Source: Terriglobia bacterium
Lineage (GTDB): Bacteria > Acidobacteriota > Polarisedimenticolia > Polarisedimenticolales > JAIQFR01
Assembly: GCA_963748015.1 (NCBI GenBank)
Contig: CAVVHE010000008.1
Span: forward strand, 576,001 to 640,000
Length of the DNA stretch: 64,000 bases
Reading direction: 5' to 3'
The notes beneath the pieces are model-generated. The model worked only from the letters and a program-made list of their open reading frames with translations, did not search any database and was not told where the DNA came from. A program made the position numbers and the translations under genes. This document shows positions 40,101-49,404 of this stretch, piece after piece. Numbering within the stretch: the first letter of the stretch is position 1; each line of letters begins with the position of its first letter.

Positions 40101-40521
40101 CGCTCACCGTCGCGAGCTGCGTCTCAGGGAGCGTGCCGCGATTCTGCGTCGCGTAGAGGATCATGCCGTCCGGCGTCCAGCCGACCGCGGAAGCGCTGCC
40201 GTCCCACGTGAGCCGCCTCGGCAGGCCGCCCGAAACCGGCATCGCGTAGACCTCGGTCGGCCCCTCGTACGCCGCGGAGAACGCGAGGTTCGTCCCGTCG
40301 GGGGAGATCGCCGCGTTCGACTCCATCCCTGGATGGCTGGTGAGCCGCTGCGCCGTTCCGCCCTCGATCCCGACCTTCCAGAGGTCCCCTTCGGCGGTGA
40401 AGACCAGCGTCCCTCCGTGGATCGCGGGGAACCGGTAGTACCCCGGCGAGCGATCCGCGGCGGCGGCGGTCGATGCGAGCGACAGAAGCAGGGTGGCGGC
40501 GAGCAGGGCGCGATTTCGCAT
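37180..40521 (-). CDS. Tricorn-type S41 protease
   Basis: Signal peptide, YYRFPAIHG, WD40/PD40 propellers, PDZ, DVRHNRGG, TASDGE and GTRTWGG. Confidence 0.95.
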   Translation of the reverse strand: MRNRALLAATLLLSLASTAAAADRSPGYYRFPAIHGGTLVFTAEGDLWKVGIEGGTAQRLTSHPGMESNAAISPDGTNLAFSAAYEGPTEVYAMPVSGGLPRRLTWDGSASAVGWTPDGMILYATQNRGTLPETQLATVSAAGGPSTLLPLSQAADGSYDDAGKTLFFTRLRFQGSHTRRYKGGTAQKIWKLPAGTGEAVPMTADFDGTSRSPMYWRGRVYFVSDRDGTMNLWSMNEAGGDPKQHTRHEGWDVKSPSLSGGKIAYQLGADLRVLDIATGRDAAVPVALASDFDQAREKWVKKPVDYVTSAFPSPDGDRVVFTARGQVFVAPAKQGRLVEATRKPGVRYRSAIFLPDGRSLAVLSDESGEVEWWKVPANGVGAGERLTSDGKVLRFSGVPSPDGKRIAYLDKNQEAWLLDLETRKSVKIATGRAGDISDLAWAPDSAWLAWTAPGDNDLARIWIYRVSDGTTVPLTGDRTNSYSPAWSPDGKWIYFLSERHLRSLVDSPWGVRQPEPFFDKETKVYLVDLAGGQRSPWQPLDELAPKDAKTGDDKDKEKPKEGAAARPAKTEKPAEASKSGEKDKPAEASKPADKKVVVKIELAGLGERLHEVPIPSDNYRGISVLEKRILLIVVETSFERKARLAFAEITGQDPKLKTIVQDMRSYDLSQDGKKILLRKTDDFYLVDATAGENVDLSDKKVALDGWTFPLDPREEWKQMFREAWRLERDYFYDLGMHGVDWPAMLKKYEPLVARVTDRAELNDLLAQMVAELSALHTFVRGGDLRETPDPVGNASLGAVLVRDEAAGGYRVARIYRADPDYPDELSPLAKPGVGVAEGDLLTAIDGVALLTVADPGVLLRGKAGKQVLLSIKEAKSGKARDAIAVPVAGAAAELRYDDWEYSRRLAVDEASKGEIGYVHLRAMGPNDYSEWARSFYPVYRRKGLIVDVRHNRGGNIDSWILEKLMRRAWFFWQPRVGLPTWNMQYAFRGHVVVLVDEWTASDGEAFAEGFRRLGLGKVIGTRTWGGEIWLSSGNVLVDKGIATAAEMGVYGPEGQWLIEGRGVDPDIVVDNLPRATFDGKDAQLEAAIALLQDAIRKEPVEEPKTPRYPDKSR

Positions 40522-40552
40522 GGCGGTCTCCCATCGGGACGGTGGTTCGAGT

Positions 40553-40726
40553 CTCGGGCCGGACGCCCGCATCCGGATTCGAGCCCGCGCGGCACGCTGC
40601 GGCGTTGCGCGGCGAACGTCGCCGCGCCGCCTTGCTCCGCTTTTCGCGCGGCCTTCTGCGGAAGGACCGGCCGCGCGAAAAGAGGGCCGCTCGGGCTCGA
40701 ATCCGGATGCGGGCGTCCGGCCCGAG
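40553..40726. repeat. Long-palindrome intergenic element, family A copy 2
   Basis: 41-bp inverted arms (1 mismatch) around the core shared with 28037-28200. Confidence 0.85.
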
Positions 40727-40788
40727 TCGGTCGACATATTCCGACTGCGAAGGGCCAATGTTAACACCGCTCGGGCTACCCGGGGGAC

Positions 40789-40864
40789 GGCGAGGCCAGA
40801 GCGGAGCTTGCTCTAGGGCGGCCGAAAAAGGCCGCCAACGAGCACACTCCGTTACGGCCTCGCC
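40789..40864. repeat. REP-like repeat, family B copy 3 (diverged)
   Basis: CTAGGGCGGCCGAAAAAGGCCGCC core within a hairpin. Confidence 0.65.
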
Positions 40865-40948
40865 TCTCGGCAGGGGTCGGCGGTGGCGGACCCGCTTCCG
40901 CTATAATTCGCGCTCACCCGACCACGACGATCCGGAGGAGTTACCGCG

Positions 40949-42136
40949 ATGAAGTACGCGATCCTGCTTCCCGACGGCGCCGCCGATCAGCCGCTGGCCG
41001 AGCTGGGCGGGCGGACGCCGCTCGAGGCGTCGAAGCTGCCCCAAATGGACTGGGTCGCCGCGAACGGGCGGCTCGGCCGCGCCGTGACGATCCCCGACGG
41101 CTTCACGCCGGGGACCGACGTGGGGACGCTCTCGGTGCTCGGTTACGACCCGCACCGGTACTACTCGGGCCGCGCGCCGATCGAGGCGGCCGCGAAGGGG
41201 CTGGCCGTCCGCTCCGACCAGATGATCTTCCGTTGCAACTTCGTGACCGTTCTCGACGGGAAGATGAAGGACAACACCGCGGGGCACATCGCGCAGGAGG
41301 ACGCCGACGCGCTGATCGCGGACCTCGGCCGCGCGCTCGGCGCCGAAGGCTGCGAGTTCCACTCGGGGGTGACCTATCGCCACCTGATGCTCCTCGGCGG
41401 CGCCTCGGAATACTCGCTGCGCTGCGCGCCGCCGCACGACATCATCGACCAGGAGATCGCGAGGCACGCGCCCGCGGGGACGGGAGCCGACCGGGTGATC
41501 GAGATCACCCGGAAGGCGGACGCGCTGATCGCGGACCACGCCGTGAACCGCAGGCGGCGGGAGAAGGGGAAGGACCCGGTGACCGGCATCTGGCTGTGGG
41601 GCCAGGGGAGGCCGGCGCCGTTCGAGAGCTTCGCATCGCGCTATGGGCCTCGGGGCGCCGTGATCACCGCCGTGGACATCCTGCGCGGCATGGCGCGCCT
41701 CATGGGCATGAAGCTGATCGAGGTCCCCGGCGCGACCGGGTACATCGACACGAACTTCGCGGGAAAGGGAGAGGCGGCCGTCCGCGCCCTCGACGAGTTC
41801 GACCTGGTGATCGTCCACGTCGAGGCGGCCGACGAGGCGGCCCACATGGGCTCCCCATCGGAGAAGGTCAAGGCGCTCGAGCGGATTGACGAGCTGGTCG
41901 CGGGGCCGGTGCTCGCGAAGCTGCGCACCTTCCCCGAGTGGCGCGTCCTCGTGGCCGCCGACCACCCGACCGACTGCGCGTCGCGCGGCCACTCCGCCGT
42001 CCCGCCGCCGTTCTGCTACGCCGGTACGGGGATCGCGCCGAACGGCGGGACCCGCTTCACCGAGACCGCCGCCGACCGCACCGGATTGTGGATGAAGCCC
42101 GGGCACGGCCTGATGGACACCTTCTTCCGGAGCTGA
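40949..42136 (+). CDS. Cofactor-independent phosphoglycerate mutase, archaeal ApgM type (related to homoserine kinase-like enzymes)
   Basis: DGAAD..GRTPLE, GRAPIEA, HVEAADEAAH and ADHPT metalloenzyme motifs. Confidence 0.88.
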   Translation: MKYAILLPDGAADQPLAELGGRTPLEASKLPQMDWVAANGRLGRAVTIPDGFTPGTDVGTLSVLGYDPHRYYSGRAPIEAAAKGLAVRSDQMIFRCNFVTVLDGKMKDNTAGHIAQEDADALIADLGRALGAEGCEFHSGVTYRHLMLLGGASEYSLRCAPPHDIIDQEIARHAPAGTGADRVIEITRKADALIADHAVNRRRREKGKDPVTGIWLWGQGRPAPFESFASRYGPRGAVITAVDILRGMARLMGMKLIEVPGATGYIDTNFAGKGEAAVRALDEFDLVIVHVEAADEAAHMGSPSEKVKALERIDELVAGPVLAKLRTFPEWRVLVAADHPTDCASRGHSAVPPPFCYAGTGIAPNGGTRFTETAADRTGLWMKPGHGLMDTFFRS

Positions 42137-42149
42137 GGCGCAGAAAGCC

Positions 42150-43142
42150 GTGAAACCGCGCGTCCTGATCCTCCATACCGGCGGCACGCTGGGCATGCGC
42201 CCGCGGGAGCCGGACCACGCGCTGGCCCCGGACGAATTCGGCAACACGATCCTCGAGCACGTCCCCGAGATCGCGAAGATCGCGGACGTCGAGGCGCGGG
42301 TCTTCTCGAACATCGACTCGTCGGACGTGAACTGCTCGCTCTGGATGGCGCTCGCCGGCGAGGTCGCCGCCGACATCGAGCGCTACGCCGGGGTCGTGAT
42401 CACGCACGGCACGGACGCGATGGCGTACACCGCGTCCGCGCTCTCCTACGTCCTGCGCGACCTGCCGCGACCCGTGATCCTGACCGGCGCGCAGCGGCCG
42501 ATCTCCGACCCGCACTCCGACGGGCGGGGGAACCTGGTGGGGGCGGTGGAGCTGGCGTCGCGGCCGATCCCCGAGGTGGGGATCTACTTCGACGGGATGC
42601 TCCTGCGCGGCAACCGCACGATGAAGCGTAGCTCGTTCTCGTACGCCGCGTACCGCTCGCCGAACTTCCCGCCGCTCGCCGAGATCGGGATGGAGGTGAA
42701 GCTGCACGTCGATCCGCGCACGCCCGGCGGGACCTGCCGAGTCGAGGGCGGCTTCGACTGCCGCGTCGCCGCGCTGCGCCTGCTGCCCGGCCAGCCCGCG
42801 GCGCCCCTCGCGGCGCTTGCGGGCGCTGGAATCGGCGCGGTCCTCGTGCAGGCTTACGGCGTCGGGAACTTCCCCGTGGTGGACCGCGGCCTGACCGACG
42901 CGGTGAGGACGCTGACCGACGCGGGGATCGTCGTCGCCATCGGCTCGCAGTCCATGCACGGGCGCGTGGACATGTCGCGTTACGCGGGAGGGCGGTTGGC
43001 GATGGAGGCCGGGGCGGTCGGCACCGGCGACATGACCGTCGAGGCCGCCGCGGTCAAGCTGATGCATCTCCTCGCCACGAGCGGCGGCCCCGCCGAGGTG
43101 CGGGAGCGCCTCCTCGTCCCGATCGCGGGCGAGGTGAGCTGA
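42150..43142 (+). CDS. Type I L-asparaginase
   Basis: [20 protein letters not shown] and LTGAQ. Confidence 0.93.
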   Translation: MKPRVLILHTGGTLGMRPREPDHALAPDEFGNTILEHVPEIAKIADVEARVFSNIDSSDVNCSLWMALAGEVAADIERYAGVVITHGTDAMAYTASALSYVLRDLPRPVILTGAQRPISDPHSDGRGNLVGAVELASRPIPEVGIYFDGMLLRGNRTMKRSSFSYAAYRSPNFPPLAEIGMEVKLHVDPRTPGGTCRVEGGFDCRVAALRLLPGQPAAPLAALAGAGIGAVLVQAYGVGNFPVVDRGLTDAVRTLTDAGIVVAIGSQSMHGRVDMSRYAGGRLAMEAGAVGTGDMTVEAAAVKLMHLLATSGGPAEVRERLLVPIAGEVS

Positions 43143-43234
43143 CCGCGTCGGGTTGCGTGAAGGAAACCCGACCCGCACGCAACTCGAGCCCGGGCCTGCC
43201 ACCGAGCGCTACAATCGTCCTCGCCTCCCTCGGA

Positions 43235-44248
43235 ATGCCGATGCCGCCCGACGACAAGCCGCAAGGGCCACGCTGCGTGGACGGGAGTGGGGACCTCGTC
43301 GCTCGCGCCCGGGCGCTGCTTCGGGCCCGTCACTACAGCCCCCGAACCGAGGAAGCGTACGTCCTCTGGATCCGGCGTTTCCTCCGCTTCCGGAAGGGGC
43401 GGCCGGACGGGGCCCCGGTCAAGGACGAGGTCAACACCTTCCTGACGAGCCTCGCCGTGGACTGGCGCGTCGCGTCGCCCACCCAGAACCAGGCCTTGGC
43501 CGCGCTGCTCTTCCTGCATCGCGAGGTGCTCCGTCACGAGCTGCCCGCCCATGACGGCTTCGTGATGGCGCAAGGACGCCGACGCCTGCCCGTCGTCCTG
43601 TCGCGGCAAGAGGTGCGCATGCTGTTCCGCCAGCTCAGCGGGCCGGTGGCCCTGATGGCCCAGCTCCTCTATGGTTCGGGACTCCGGCTCATGGAGTGCT
43701 GCCGCCTCCGCGTCAAGGACGTCGACTTCGACCGAAACGAGATCACCGTCCGGTCGGGGAAGGGGGACAGAGACCGCCGCACCATGCTCCCTGCTTCCGC
43801 GAAGGGGGCGCTCGCCGAGCACCTCGGGCGGGTCAAACGCCTCCACGACGCCGATCTCGGGCAGGGCGCCGGCTGGGTGGAGCTGCCCGGCGCGCTTGGC
43901 CGCAAGTACCCGAACGCCGGCCGCGAGTGGGGATGGCAGTGGGTCTTCCCCGCGACCCGGACGTACATGGAGCCCAGGACGCGCCAGCGCCGGAGGCACC
44001 ACCTGCACGAATCCGCCGTCCAGCGCGCGGTGAGGGAGGCCGTCCTGCGCGCCGGGATTGCCAAGCCGGCATCGTGCCACAGCCTTCGCCATTCCTTCGC
44101 GACACACCTCCTCGAAGACGGCCACGACATCCGTACGGTCCAGGAACTGCTCGGTCACAGCGACGTCTCCACGACGATGATCTATACCCACGTCTTGAAC
44201 CGCGGCGGTCGAGGAGTGGTAAGCCCGGTCGACCGCCTCGATCCGTAG
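43235..44248 (+). CDS. intI: Integron integrase
   Basis: [29 protein letters not shown], integron-specific insert [37 protein letters not shown] and TMIYTH. Confidence 0.97.
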   Translation: MPMPPDDKPQGPRCVDGSGDLVARARALLRARHYSPRTEEAYVLWIRRFLRFRKGRPDGAPVKDEVNTFLTSLAVDWRVASPTQNQALAALLFLHREVLRHELPAHDGFVMAQGRRRLPVVLSRQEVRMLFRQLSGPVALMAQLLYGSGLRLMECCRLRVKDVDFDRNEITVRSGKGDRDRRTMLPASAKGALAEHLGRVKRLHDADLGQGAGWVELPGALGRKYPNAGREWGWQWVFPATRTYMEPRTRQRRRHHLHESAVQRAVREAVLRAGIAKPASCHSLRHSFATHLLEDGHDIRTVQELLGHSDVSTTMIYTHVLNRGGRGVVSPVDRLDP

Positions 44249-44560
44249 CGATCGGCGAGTCTCTTCCTCCCCGCCGGCGCGGTCGAGCCTACGGGTGCGA
44301 CGAGAGCCGGCCATCCGGCTACGACCGGTGGGGATGGGGAACAACCCACCCGACAAGCGCGGCGCTCTCGCAGCACTGGGTTCGTCCCGGCGCCGAACCC
44401 CGGCGGAAGTGCTTGCGTCCACGACCGGTTGGGCGTAGAAAGCGCACAGGAGCGTTCGTGGCCGGGGCGGTCGCTCCCGCCGCCACCCGAGCCCGGGCAG
44501 GGGTGTCAAGTGCGTTTGCAGGAGACCTTCTGCGCCATAACTCCAGAAAGGTGACCGCCC

Positions 44561-44599
44561 TTACGTGATAACGAAGTTGTGTCGATTAACAAGTTGGGC
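44561..44599 (+). other. attI site (crossover G/TTGGGC at 44593)
   Basis: AT-rich ..ATTAACAAGTTGGGC; GTTGGGC is the exact complement of GCCCAAC that closes cassette 1. Confidence 0.8.
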
Positions 44600-44659
44600 T
44601 GCTGGACGGGCACGGATTTTGGACGTAAGGTATCCGGGATCCGGAAGGAGCCCACGACC

Positions 44660-44869
44660 TTGAGAACATTCAACTTCGTCGTCGAGCGTGACCCACAGAC
44701 GGGCCTCTTGGTTGGCTACGTCCCCGGCTGGCCTGGTGCCCACACTCAGGGCTCGGATCTCGACGAGCTCCAACAGAACCTCCGCGAAGTCATCGAAATG
44801 CTCCTCGAGGATGGCGAGCCAGTGTTGGAGTCCGAGTTCGTCGATGTTCGGACGATTCAGGTTGCCTAG
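44660..44869 (+). CDS. hicB: HicB-family antitoxin (short), cassette 1
   Basis: AAGGAG RBS and TTG start; VPGWPGAHTQGSDLDEL..NLREVIEM. Confidence 0.88.
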   Translation: MRTFNFVVERDPQTGLLVGYVPGWPGAHTQGSDLDELQQNLREVIEMLLEDGEPVLESEFVDVRTIQVA

Positions 44870-44871
44870 CC

Positions 44872-45093
44872 GTGGGGTCCGTGCCCGTTCTAAAGCCGCG
44901 CGAGGTAGTCGTACTGCTTGAAGGCCTTGGGTTTCGAGAGGTCCGTCAACGTGGATCTCACAAGCAGTTTCGGCATGCTGATGGACGAACGACAACCGTC
45001 CCCTTTCACGCCGCGCGAGATATTTCCCCGACGCTCTTGCGCAAGATTGCGCGGGATATCGGCCTCACCGTCGAAGAGCTGCTCGGGCGCTGA
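44872..45093 (+). CDS. hicA: HicA-family toxin, cassette 1
   Basis: GF.EVRQRGSH..F.H.DGR.TTVPFH. Confidence 0.92.
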   Translation: MGSVPVLKPREVVVLLEGLGFREVRQRGSHKQFRHADGRTTTVPFHAARDISPTLLRKIARDIGLTVEELLGR

Positions 45094-45102
45094 AGGCCAG
45101 CA

Positions 45103-45201
45103 GCCCAACAAGCGCGTGGACCCGGCAGTCCGGCCGGTCACGCCGCGTGCTTTCGCACGCGTCGCGCCCGTCCGGCCTGCGGGTCACGCGCGGCGTTAGC
45201 C
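45103..45201 (+). repeat. attC 1
   Basis: GCCCAAC..GTTAGCC, internal palindrome. Confidence 0.92.
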
Positions 45202-45220
45202 AGACGATGCGTGCGGCGAC

Positions 45221-45799
45221 ATGAGGAGTATCATTGGGCTGGTCAGCCTTGGTTGCGGGCTCCTTCTCGCCTGCGGCCCAACCGAGTCCCCACCCGAGCC
45301 GCAATCGTTGCGCTGGACCGGCGTGGTGAAGTCGAACCCGGACGCCAATTGCCCGGATGACATGGCGCACGATTGCTCTGAACATGCCCCAAAGCCTCGG
45401 AGTCTCGCCGAAGCTCGTCGACTGCTTTTGTGCACGAATGAGCTCGCCTCGGACTTCAACGGCTGGACGCAAGACCCTCCAGCTCAGGTCTACGCCTTCA
45501 ACGTGATACTCGATCAAAAGAACCCAATCTCCCTGCTTGACGAGTTGTTGGCTGATGCGAAACCTGCTGGCAAACTCTATGCGATCTGTGGGTTGTACCT
45601 CTTGGATCGGGAGCGCTATTGGAATGCACTCAATCGCGTCGAATCAGAAGGTGGAATCCTCGATTTTAGGGACGGGGACATCATTTGGTGCGTCGGCGTT
45701 CGTGAGGCCGCAACTTCGATGATGAATAGCGACTTCCCGAGAAGGCTAAGAGATGCGAAGAAGCGGCAATCGTCAACGGCCTCGACGGACGCTGGCTAA
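45221..45799 (+). CDS. Hypothetical lipoprotein, cassette 2
   Basis: Lipobox LLAC; stop lies within attC R''. Confidence 0.8.
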   Translation: MRSIIGLVSLGCGLLLACGPTESPPEPQSLRWTGVVKSNPDANCPDDMAHDCSEHAPKPRSLAEARRLLLCTNELASDFNGWTQDPPAQVYAFNVILDQKNPISLLDELLADAKPAGKLYAICGLYLLDRERYWNALNRVESEGGILDFRDGDIIWCVGVREAATSMMNSDFPRRLRDAKKRQSSTASTDAG

Positions 45800-45892
45800 C
45801 AATCCGTTGGACCCGACGCGTCTCGGCGTCACGCCGCGTGCTTGCGCACGCGTCGCGCCACCGAGCCGCGCGGGTCAACGGAATCGTTGGGC
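45794..45892 (+). repeat. attC 2
   Basis: GGCTAAC..GTTGGGC. Confidence 0.92.
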
Positions 45893-45907
45893 GGACCGAG
45901 AAAGGCC

Positions 45908-46300
45908 ATGATCGAGCTACGCTGGTTCCTGTTGTTCGCCGTGTCCGGAATCGCGTGCGTGGCATGTGCATCGCGACCCTACGTATTGCCTTTTGGCAAT
46001 GGCGGGCCTGAACCATCGCCGCCTTCGCTCGAAGGACGCATCGGGAAAGTGGGTCCCGAGGAAATAACCGTCGAGGTGAACGGGGTAACCGGAAAGGCCT
46101 TGGATGCGATACCGGTCCGCGTGACAACTGCCACAGAGATCTTCACGGTTTATGGCGGCTACGTGCAACCATCAGCACTGGTCGCAGGCCTGCGAGTCCG
46201 CGTGTGGTTCACGCGACCGAGCAAACCGCGACATGGCAAGGCAGAAGATGCGGCAACGATCATGATTGCCTCGAGGGATCCGAAAGATGATTGGCCGTAG
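45908..46300 (+). CDS. Hypothetical lipoprotein, cassette 3
   Basis: Lipobox VAC; beta-rich body. Confidence 0.78.
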   Translation: MIELRWFLLFAVSGIACVACASRPYVLPFGNGGPEPSPPSLEGRIGKVGPEEITVEVNGVTGKALDAIPVRVTTATEIFTVYGGYVQPSALVAGLRVRVWFTRPSKPRHGKAEDAATIMIASRDPKDDWP

Positions 46301-46306
46301 CAGGCC

Positions 46307-46371
46307 GCCCAACATGGCGTTTCAGGCGACGGTCCGCTGCGCGGCCCGCGCCTGAACGCCGGGCGTTAGAA
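46307..46371 (+). repeat. attC 3 (short type)
   Basis: GCCCAAC..GTTAGAA. Confidence 0.9.
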
Positions 46372-46382
46372 GGACGCAGAGA

Positions 46383-46757
46383 ATGACTGGCCCGCATCGC
46401 ATTCCGAAATCTCTAGTCGTTCTCTTTGTCCTGGTGTCTATTTCATGTGGCCCGCAGCTTCGGCTCTACCCGAATGGAAAGACCATCCAAGAGCAGTGCG
46501 GCGTCCGCTATGGGACTGCGGTCACCAGGGAGCAGGCCATCTGTATTGCCACCCTTGGCGGTCTCGACGGCAGTCTGCGCCCCTGGAGAATTGAAGAAAA
46601 CCGACACGGCTCGCCAGACGAGCAGAATTGGGAGGTCTGCAACACTACCGAGCCCGCGCACGGTGGCAGCGGCCCGGCCGGTGACTGCTGGCAGATTCGG
46701 ATACGCGACGGGAAGGTCATCTTCATTGGAACGTGGGAACGCATCACGGTTTACTGA
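46383..46757 (+). CDS. Hypothetical lipoprotein, cassette 4
   Basis: LVSISC lipobox-like; fills the cassette. Confidence 0.75.
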   Translation: MTGPHRIPKSLVVLFVLVSISCGPQLRLYPNGKTIQEQCGVRYGTAVTREQAICIATLGGLDGSLRPWRIEENRHGSPDEQNWEVCNTTEPAHGGSGPAGDCWQIRIRDGKVIFIGTWERITVY

Positions 46758-46783
46758 GGGACGTCCTGCATGTGGATAGCGCC

Positions 46784-46882
46784 TTCTAACATGCCCATCA
46801 AGCTGACGGTCCACGCCGTCACGGTCCGTGCTTCCGCACGGCCCGCGCCGGCGCGGCCCGCAGCTTATGGCCGACGTTAGGT
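46784..46882 (+). repeat. attC 4
   Basis: TTCTAAC..GTTAGGT. Confidence 0.92.
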
Positions 46883-46902
46883 CGACAGGGAGAATACGAT
46901 CT

Positions 46903-47358
46903 GTGGGCGTGTCCGCGGTTCCGCTCTGGGCAGGGACGACTCCAAGCGACTTGCGCCGGGCGCTCTGGCGCATCCTCGCGTTCATGTTCATTGCCGGCGG
47001 GTGCGCGGTAATTGCAGACGTGTGCGTCGGGGGGCCTCTCCAGTGGTATCTGTGGGAAGTGTCAGTTGTGCGCCCCGTTGAGGCCCGGTGGGGTTTCCAC
47101 GCCGAGAGACGGCAATATGGTGCTCACGAACTCCTGACGATCATCGAAGTAGCTCCGGGCGGCGCTTTCGATCGGGCGGGAGTCAAACCAGGTTACGTGT
47201 ACAAGCCACGGACCGGATTTGTCATGTGGCCCACTCCGAGATTCCACCGCGACCTCGACGAAGCTGGCGACGAGCAGAAGATCTTGTTGTACACGGACCC
47301 CTTTGATACAGGATCAGGGAGGATCTTCGTCGTTCGGAGAGAACCAGCAGCGACCTAA
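46903..47358 (+). CDS. Membrane protein with PDZ-like segment, cassette 5
   Basis: One TM; IIEVAPGGAFDRAGVKPG is PDZ-like; start uncertain. Confidence 0.65.
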   Translation: MGVSAVPLWAGTTPSDLRRALWRILAFMFIAGGCAVIADVCVGGPLQWYLWEVSVVRPVEARWGFHAERRQYGAHELLTIIEVAPGGAFDRAGVKPGYVYKPRTGFVMWPTPRFHRDLDEAGDEQKILLYTDPFDTGSGRIFVVRREPAAT

Positions 47359-47448
47359 CACTCCGTTTGACCCGACGCGTCTCGGCGTCACGCCGCGTGC
47401 TTTCGCACGCGTCGCGCCGCCAAGCCGCGCGGGTCAACGGAATAGTTA
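47353..47448 (+). repeat. attC 5, interrupted in its R' box by IS630
   Basis: ACCTAAC..GTTA|IS|TAGCC. Confidence 0.9.
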
Positions 47449-48550
47449 TTGAAGCCTGCGTAAATAATGTCCTATCATAGGCGCAAAGAGAGACGCCCGT
47501 GGCGAATGAAGGAGCGGAGAAGACCCTGGCGACGCTGGAGCCGACGGGCATGACGACAGGCCATTGTGGCGAGGTCGTTCGCGTTCTCGGGGGCGAAGTT
47601 CGCCAAGGGGTTGCGCTTTAAGTGGCTCCAGACGAGCTCCACCGGGTTGAGTTCCGGAGCGTACGGCGGCAGCCATTCCACTTGGAGGCGATGGCAACGA
47701 CGGCGGAGCCGAGCGACCGCCGCGCTTTTGTGGACGTTCAGGCGATCCCACACCAGCAGAACGGGTCCACGCAGGTGGCGGAGGAGATCTCGGAGGAAGT
47801 GGACCATCCAGGAGCCATCGACGTTCAGGTTCGAGGCGAGAGAAAAGTAAAGTCCTACCTTTCGGCGGGCCGGGGAGACGGACAGCACGGCGATGACGGA
47901 CGCCTTCTCACGGTGCCGACCGCACTGAAGGAGGACCGGTGTCTGGCCTCGGGGCGCCCAGGTAAGACGGACGAGCGGCGCCGTGAGGAAGCCGCTCTCG
48001 TCCAGGAAGACGATATGGGCTTTCAGTCGCGAGGCTTTTTTTTGATGCGCGGCCATTCGACCTTGACCCAGCGTCGAATGGCCTCTTCATCCCGCTCGCG
48101 GGCACGACGCTCCGGCTTCTGGGGCGTCCAACCCAGGGCGCGGAGCAGGCGGCCGATATGGTCCACGTGATACCGCGTGCCGTACTCGCGCCGGATCAGT
48201 TCGGCCACCCGGGGGCACGTCCACAGGTCGGTAGGGAAACCGCATGCTTTCGCGCCGCGCAGCAGCGACCGCTCGAGTCCGTCTCGTGCTCGAGCGTCGA
48301 GCTTGGGCGGCCGGCCCGGCGTCGGCTTCGCTGCGAGACCCTTCCGTCCTTCCTGGTCGTGGCTGGCTCTCCACCGACGCACCGACCGCCGGTCCACACC
48401 GAGACGGCGAGCGACCTCCACCGGCTGGAAGCCGTCTTTGAGAAGCGTGATGGCCTGAAGGCGTCGGCGTTCGAGATCTTCCGGGCTACCCGAAGGTCTC
48501 ATGTCCTGTCCTCCGAGAAGAGGATAGGACATTCGTTATGCAGGAGTCAA
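47449..48550 (-). mobile_element. IS630-family insertion sequence
   Basis: TA duplication (47447-48, 48551-52); imperfect ~28-bp TIRs TTGAAGCCTGCGTAAATAATGTCCTATC / TTGACTCCTGCATAACGAATGTCCTATC. Confidence 0.93.
47475..48502 (-). CDS. IS630 transposase (orfA HTH 48023-48502 + orfB DDE, joined by -1 frameshift)
   Basis: FLDESG, VWDRLNVH and PYAPELNPVE; slippery A8G run at 48035-48043. Confidence 0.92.
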
Positions 48551-48588
48551 TAGCCCGACATGAACTACATGCCCGAAGGAAAGAGGTG

Positions 48589-49029
48589 GTGATCCCCGGA
48601 GTTGCTCTCGATCCCGAGACCGAGCGCGATGTCTGGCGAGCGTTCGAGGGGTGGGCCGATCATTTCCGTGCTCAACTCGCTTCCGAAGGGTTACCCGGGT
48701 TGCTCGCCGACTACGAAGCGCTTATTCGATCCGTTGAAACGCAGAGCTGCGAGCACGTGCCGGGTAAACGCAACACGGGCGCGATGTGGCGGTCGTGCTG
48801 CGGAATGAGCGAAGAGTATCTTAACGATCTCAGCGTCAGAGATGCGCTTCAGATTATTCTCGACTTCGCAACGCGGCCGGAGGTAGACCGCTTGATGCGG
48901 TTGATTGAACCACTCGACGCTCGGTTGAAAGTCCAACTATTTGCCTCGGCCGAATCCGGTGCTGGTGGAGCAGGTGGCGATTCACGCGCCTGGTGGCACG
49001 CAAAGCTGCCGGACGTACTCCAGCCATGA
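48589..49029 (+). CDS. Hypothetical protein, cassette 6
   Basis: RBS GAGGTG; EEYLNDLSVRD..WW motif; fills the cassette. Confidence 0.7.
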   Translation: MIPGVALDPETERDVWRAFEGWADHFRAQLASEGLPGLLADYEALIRSVETQSCEHVPGKRNTGAMWRSCCGMSEEYLNDLSVRDALQIILDFATRPEVDRLMRLIEPLDARLKVQLFASAESGAGGAGGDSRAWWHAKLPDVLQP

Positions 49030-49039
49030 CCCAACGGCG

Positions 49040-49137
49040 GGCTAACTACTGGCTCAAGCTGACGGTCCGCCCCGTCACGGGCCTTGCTTGCGCAAGGCCC
49101 GCGCCGGCCCGGCCCGCAGCTTAGCCGTGCGTTAGAC
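49040..49137 (+). repeat. attC 6
   Basis: GGCTAAC..GTTAGAC. Confidence 0.92.
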
Positions 49138-49206
49138 ATCACGAAGACGGGCGCCGACCCGAAGCGGTATAATGATGCCAGCCTCCTCGAGAAAGGGAGT
49201 CGCGCC

Positions 49207-49404
49207 ATGAAAGGGGTCCAGTATTTGGTCGACGACGATGGCGAACGAACTGCTGTCGTCATTGATCTGAAGCGGAATCGGGCGCTGTGGGAAGATTTCT
49301 TCGACCGCGCGTTGGCCGAATCGCGACGCGGCGAGCCGCGTGAATCTCTTGCGTCCGTGCGCCGGCGTCTAGCCCGCCGCAACGGCCGTCGTGTCCGTGC
49401 CTAG
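49207..49404 (+). CDS. Putative antitoxin, cassette 7
   Basis: VQYLVDDDGERTAVVI; overlaps the downstream RelE gene; TATAAT at 49168. Confidence 0.8.
   Translation: MKGVQYLVDDDGERTAVVIDLKRNRALWEDFFDRALAESRRGEPRESLASVRRRLARRNGRRVRA

Noticed and set aside
43143..43234. LexA box controlling intI
   Set aside because: No recognisable SOS box; only an inverted repeat and a TACAAT -10-like hexamer
44510..44545. Pc promoter TTGCAG..CATAAC
   Set aside because: The spacer is only 14-15 bp, too weak to call
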